A DNA stretch of 64,000 bases, taken from contig NW_027191413.1 of NCBI RefSeq assembly GCF_041146345.1, positions 930,001 to 994,000 of the forward strand, in the 5' to 3' direction. The notes beneath the pieces are model-generated. The model was given only the letters and a program-made list of their open reading frames with translations. It was not told the origin of the DNA and did not search any database. The first letter of the stretch is position 1. Each line of letters starts with the position of its first letter. The position numbers and the translations under genes are program-made. Origin of the DNA: Neodothiora populina (lineage: Eukaryota). This document shows positions 60,332 through 64,000 of the stretch, piece by piece.

Positions 60332-63300
60332 TCAGAGTACCTGTGACAGAATTTAGCTTTTGTGGAAACAGCGCTTCATGATCGACTTACCTCAGCGATG
60401 CTTTGACGGATGATCATGCTCTTTTGTCTTTCGTTTCGGCTGATGCGATAGTAGTAGTCGCAAAAGTCAGCGCATTGCATATACCGCAAGAACTCCTCGT
60501 CGTGAGTGATGACTATCAGCTGGAAATTACGCTGTTGTCTTCTGACGCGTATGATCTCTGCGAGCGATGCTGCTAGAGCCCGAATATTGTCGCGATCAAG
60601 GTTCGTGGTAGGCTCATCCAGAGCGATAAGCCCACAATTAACCCCAAAGCATTCCGCGAGTGCCAAACGGATGATGATTGAAGCAAGCACCTTCTGTCCT
60701 GCTGAGCAACGTCCTCTCATATCCATCTCTGCGTCTTGCTTTACCATGACCACACGGTAGTTATAGTTCTTATTGCCTTTCATGTTCTCGTTGTCGGATC
60801 GTATACCGATCGTGTCAACGTCCGTTCCTTGGTAGGTCTTGCGCCAGAGCTCCTCAATGATACGGTTGATCTCCTCCATCTTGAGTGCATGGTATTTCAT
60901 AATCGCCTTGTCCAGTGCACTGCCGTATCGAGTGAGATCCTCAACAGCCGCTTTGGTTGTTTCCACTTTGATGTGTGCCTCCTTGTACTTCTCAGCTGCG
61001 CCCTTGTACTCGGTCTCCCAATCCTGTATGAGCTGCTGCAAGATATCATCCTTGCTCTTCAGCTGACCCATGATGCTAGCCTGGTCGGCGACGAGTTTGT
61101 TTCGCTCCATCTCCCAACGATTACCTTCACGTTCATATGTCGATTTCTCTTCTTCGGCGTTGTGAGACTCCAATTCCGAGATCTCGGCAGCGATCTGTCT
61201 GGCGGCATTGCGATCGCGACGGTAATCTTGATTATCCGCGATTTGACGTTTTGTTTCCTCGACGTCCCGCAAATCCGTTTCAAACTTCTTCACTTGTTTG
61301 GTAATCTCATTCATCTCACCCTCGACACGAGTGATCTCTTGCTTGATGAGCTCGACCTCGCTCTTCGCACGGTCAAGTTGCGCTGGTCCATTTCTACTCA
61401 GGTAGTCTTCAATATCCCGATTGGCGACCTTAAGTTCATTCACACTGTTGTCCAGTGCTGACTTCTCCGCTTGAAGCTGTCGATCTCTGTCTTGACCCCG
61501 ACGTGCAGTGTCATCATACTTTGCCTTCGCCTGCTCGAAGTCTGGTCCCAGACCACGTATCTCTTCGTCTGTGGAGCGTAGAACGTCGCGATGCTCAGAG
61601 TTCTGGGCCTTCAGTTCATCAACCTGCTTCTCCAAAGACAACTTTTCCTTGAGTTGATATACAGCGGTGCTCAGCTTGCCTCTGTTGTCCCGCAGCTCCA
61701 GCTCCAGGGTATTGATAATTCCACGAGCACCATCACGCTCGCCGATGATCTTCGTCAAAGCTACTTTTGTGGCTCTGGCATCCTCATTGACCTTCTTCAG
61801 ATCATCCTGGATCGCTTCGAGACCTCGAGAAAGACCAGCATGTTTCTGCTTCTCCGAGAGTTCTTCAATCTGTTTCTGCAGAAGTGTCATTTCGTTCGAG
61901 TACTTGACAATATTCTGGACCGTCTTAGACAGACTTTCGATATCGCGTTTGGCGTTGAGACGCTCTTCTACTTCACGGTCGCCTTCCTCCGCTTGGCGCG
62001 TAAGAGCATCATGTTTCGACTTCAGGTGAGCTTCATCGGAAGCCAAAGGGGGGATCTCGACCTCCTTCAGACGAAGCCAGGTATCATATGTCGGTTGGAA
62101 TTCTTGCACAGCCTGAAAGTCTTCCTCCACATTTCGCAGCTCCTCGGGATCCGAGCCCTTTTCGGCCTTTGCGATCTCGTTACGTAGCATACCCACAAAG
62201 ACCTCGTATTGTCTGGTGTCTTTGCTGTCGTATCGCCGTGTGCACATTCTGCAGCATTTCTTCTCCTGCGCGACTTGTAGCGAGTTCTTCCAAAACCCTA
62301 GTACTGACTCTGCATACTTGGCATCAGTCAAGACTTGATCGCGCTCTGCAATGGCTTTCTGGAGTTCCGATGGGTATTCTGACGGATCTGCACCGAGTAG
62401 TTTTCGAAGGCTGGTCTCAGCTGTCGAAAGTTGGGACTTCTTTGTCTTCAACTCTGACGAGCATGTTTTGAGACGGAATGCAAGTTGATCTAGTTCCCTT
62501 GTGGTACCATCCCTAGCACGCTCGGCTTCGGCAAGATGTCGCCGGCTTTGCTCTAGACAGCCCTGGTAGTCGGCATCAAGCGTTGACGGCTGCCAATCGC
62601 TGGTGACTATCTCGCTGATCTTGGAGCCGTGCGCGCCGACCATAGTCTGCAGGCTATGTTCGCGATCCCTCACCTCTTTGCGCAAGAAATCCAGTCTTGC
62701 CGATTCACCAGCCTGCCTCGTCGCTTGGACAAGGTCCGAGTCGAGCTTTTCTTTCTGCTCATCAAGACTTCGTAATTTGGCATCGTTCTCTTCCACCAAC
62801 CTATCCAGGTTCTTGGATCGCAAGTCTTCTTTCGCCAGACGAAGCTTTGTCTCGGTGTCCGCTATAGAAGACTCCAATATGACCTTACCTCCCTCATCAA
62901 TTTCGATGTTGTCTAGCTCCGCCTGGAAGCCACCGATTCTTCGGTCGTTTGCAGCGATGGATGCTCTGGCACTTTCTTTCTTCTGATTCAACGCCGACTT
63001 CTGCTCGCTGATGCGGTTCAGAACCGCCTGTGCCGACTGGAGTTGCTGTTGAGTCTCTCGTCGAGCTCGCTCGAATGCAGTATGCTGATCTTGCGCCATT
63101 CGACTGATTTTCTCGATGAAGTCAAGCACCTTGTCCTCGTCCACGTCCAGCTCGTAACCACGGATGTTGTGCTTCCGGGCTGTCTGTTTCACGAGCTGCT
63201 CACGCTGCTCCAGCTGTCGTTCATGGTTGGCTTTCTGTGCTTCAAAAGAGCCGCATTCTCGCTCCTTCACACTAAGCGTCTCACGGCTCTGAGAAAGCAC

Positions 63301-64000
63301 CCGCATCATGTCCGAGTAACGCCTTTTCTCGGCTTCGGACCATGCTTGCAGTTCACCTACACGAGTCTGATACTGCTCAAGCATCTCTTGGAGATCCTCA
63401 TCCGAATCAGCCATCTCCTTGAGATTACGCTTGAGCCTCTGCACATTCTCCTGTTTGGCACGGTGTTCAATGCGTTTACCAGATAGCTCACCGACGATGC
63501 CACTCAGGAAGCTTATACGTTCCCACGCGGCGTCGTACTTCTCTTTGGCTTCGCCGATTTTGTCACCTAGTGACTCGCTCTTAGTGCGCAACTCTTCGAT
63601 TTCTTCGAACAATTCTTGAGATCGTTTCTCTGCCTGCCACGTATTAGCGAGTGGATGCCGACGCAGAAATGATACCTTACGCGCTCGCCCTTGTCTTTGT
63701 CGTCTTTCGAGTGTTGTTCGATAATTCTCAATTTGCCAAGTTCTTCATTCTGGTTCTTGCGGAGAACTTTGATGTTGTCGATAGCTTTCGTATACTTCAT
63801 GGCTTCAAAAATCTCGTCAAAGCGTTTCTTTAGGGCACTAGGCTCAGCCATTGGCCACAGGCTCTCATCTTGATGGCAGAATATGACAGAATCCAGAATG
63901 GCTTTTGAGACACCCAGATACTGAGGCATGATCTGGTCAAGCTCGGCAACACGACTGGAAATGGCGATTCGTTCACCATCCTTGAGTGCCATCAATTGTC
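60332..64000 (-). CDS. RAD50: DNA repair protein Rad50, 3' part; start lies beyond the window end
   Basis: VIFCHQDESLWP Q-loop, long coiled coil, zinc hook CCRMC, signature MRGRCSAGQKV, Walker B IALDEPTTNLD, VITHDEEF. Introns at about 63680-63631 and 60390..60341; ends AEVL. Confidence 0.97.

Noticed and set aside
1338..60334. TGA-CTA readthrough producing cryptic peroxisomal isoforms
   Set aside because: None of the stop codons I checked is followed by CTA.
62230..62265. Rad50 zinc hook CCRMC as an unusual variant
   Set aside because: The CxxC core is intact and the middle residues vary normally among eukaryotes.
8408..63486. Many long antisense or alternate-frame ORFs (e.g. 8408..9052, 19554..20195, 33990..34742, 42926..43618, 55726..56265, 60736..61461)
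   Set aside because: All overlap well-supported genes and are explained by codon bias or low-complexity sequence.
1..64000. Transposons, RIP-mutated tracts, secondary-metabolite cluster, horizontally acquired island
   Set aside because: No transposase/RT/PKS/NRPS motifs, no long repeats and no AT-rich block; gene content is ordinary core genome with typical introns.

Overview
Gene-dense window from an intron-containing filamentous ascomycete (Pezizomycotina; Dothideomycete-like is my impression only). I can support 25 protein-coding genes, almost all conserved housekeeping or cell-cycle genes. In order: MDM20-like (partial), an SDR, COX23 (absent from the ORF track), a 2OG-Fe(II) dioxygenase-like gene, a PSH1-like RING E3, GST-kappa/HCCA isomerase, ECT1, two conserved hypotheticals, a p24 protein, SWC4, EFM6, AXL2, a GCK-III Ste20 kinase, a BEM3-like RhoGAP, a hypothetical, a METTL21-type methyltransferase, an F-box-like gene, RMD8-like, a GH5 exo-1,3-beta-glucanase, checkpoint clamp RAD1, OST5, RPB2, UBC11 and RAD50 (partial). 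I saw no transposon, tRNA, rRNA, snRNA, riboswitch, CRISPR array or biosynthetic cluster. The most striking unexplained signal is non-coding: TAAGGTA/TACCTTA and TAC[A/T]GTA heptamers (about 40 copies by eye) that cluster about 30-400 bp upstream of many start codons and are nearly absent from coding DNA. Secondary observations are a dense GATA-site cluster in front of the uncharacterised dioxygenase, two enzymes ending in an unusual -ML PTS1-like tripeptide, stop-free in-frame introns, an orphan ORF directly behind COX23, and adjacent polarity genes. Gene models were spliced by hand and no database searches were run.
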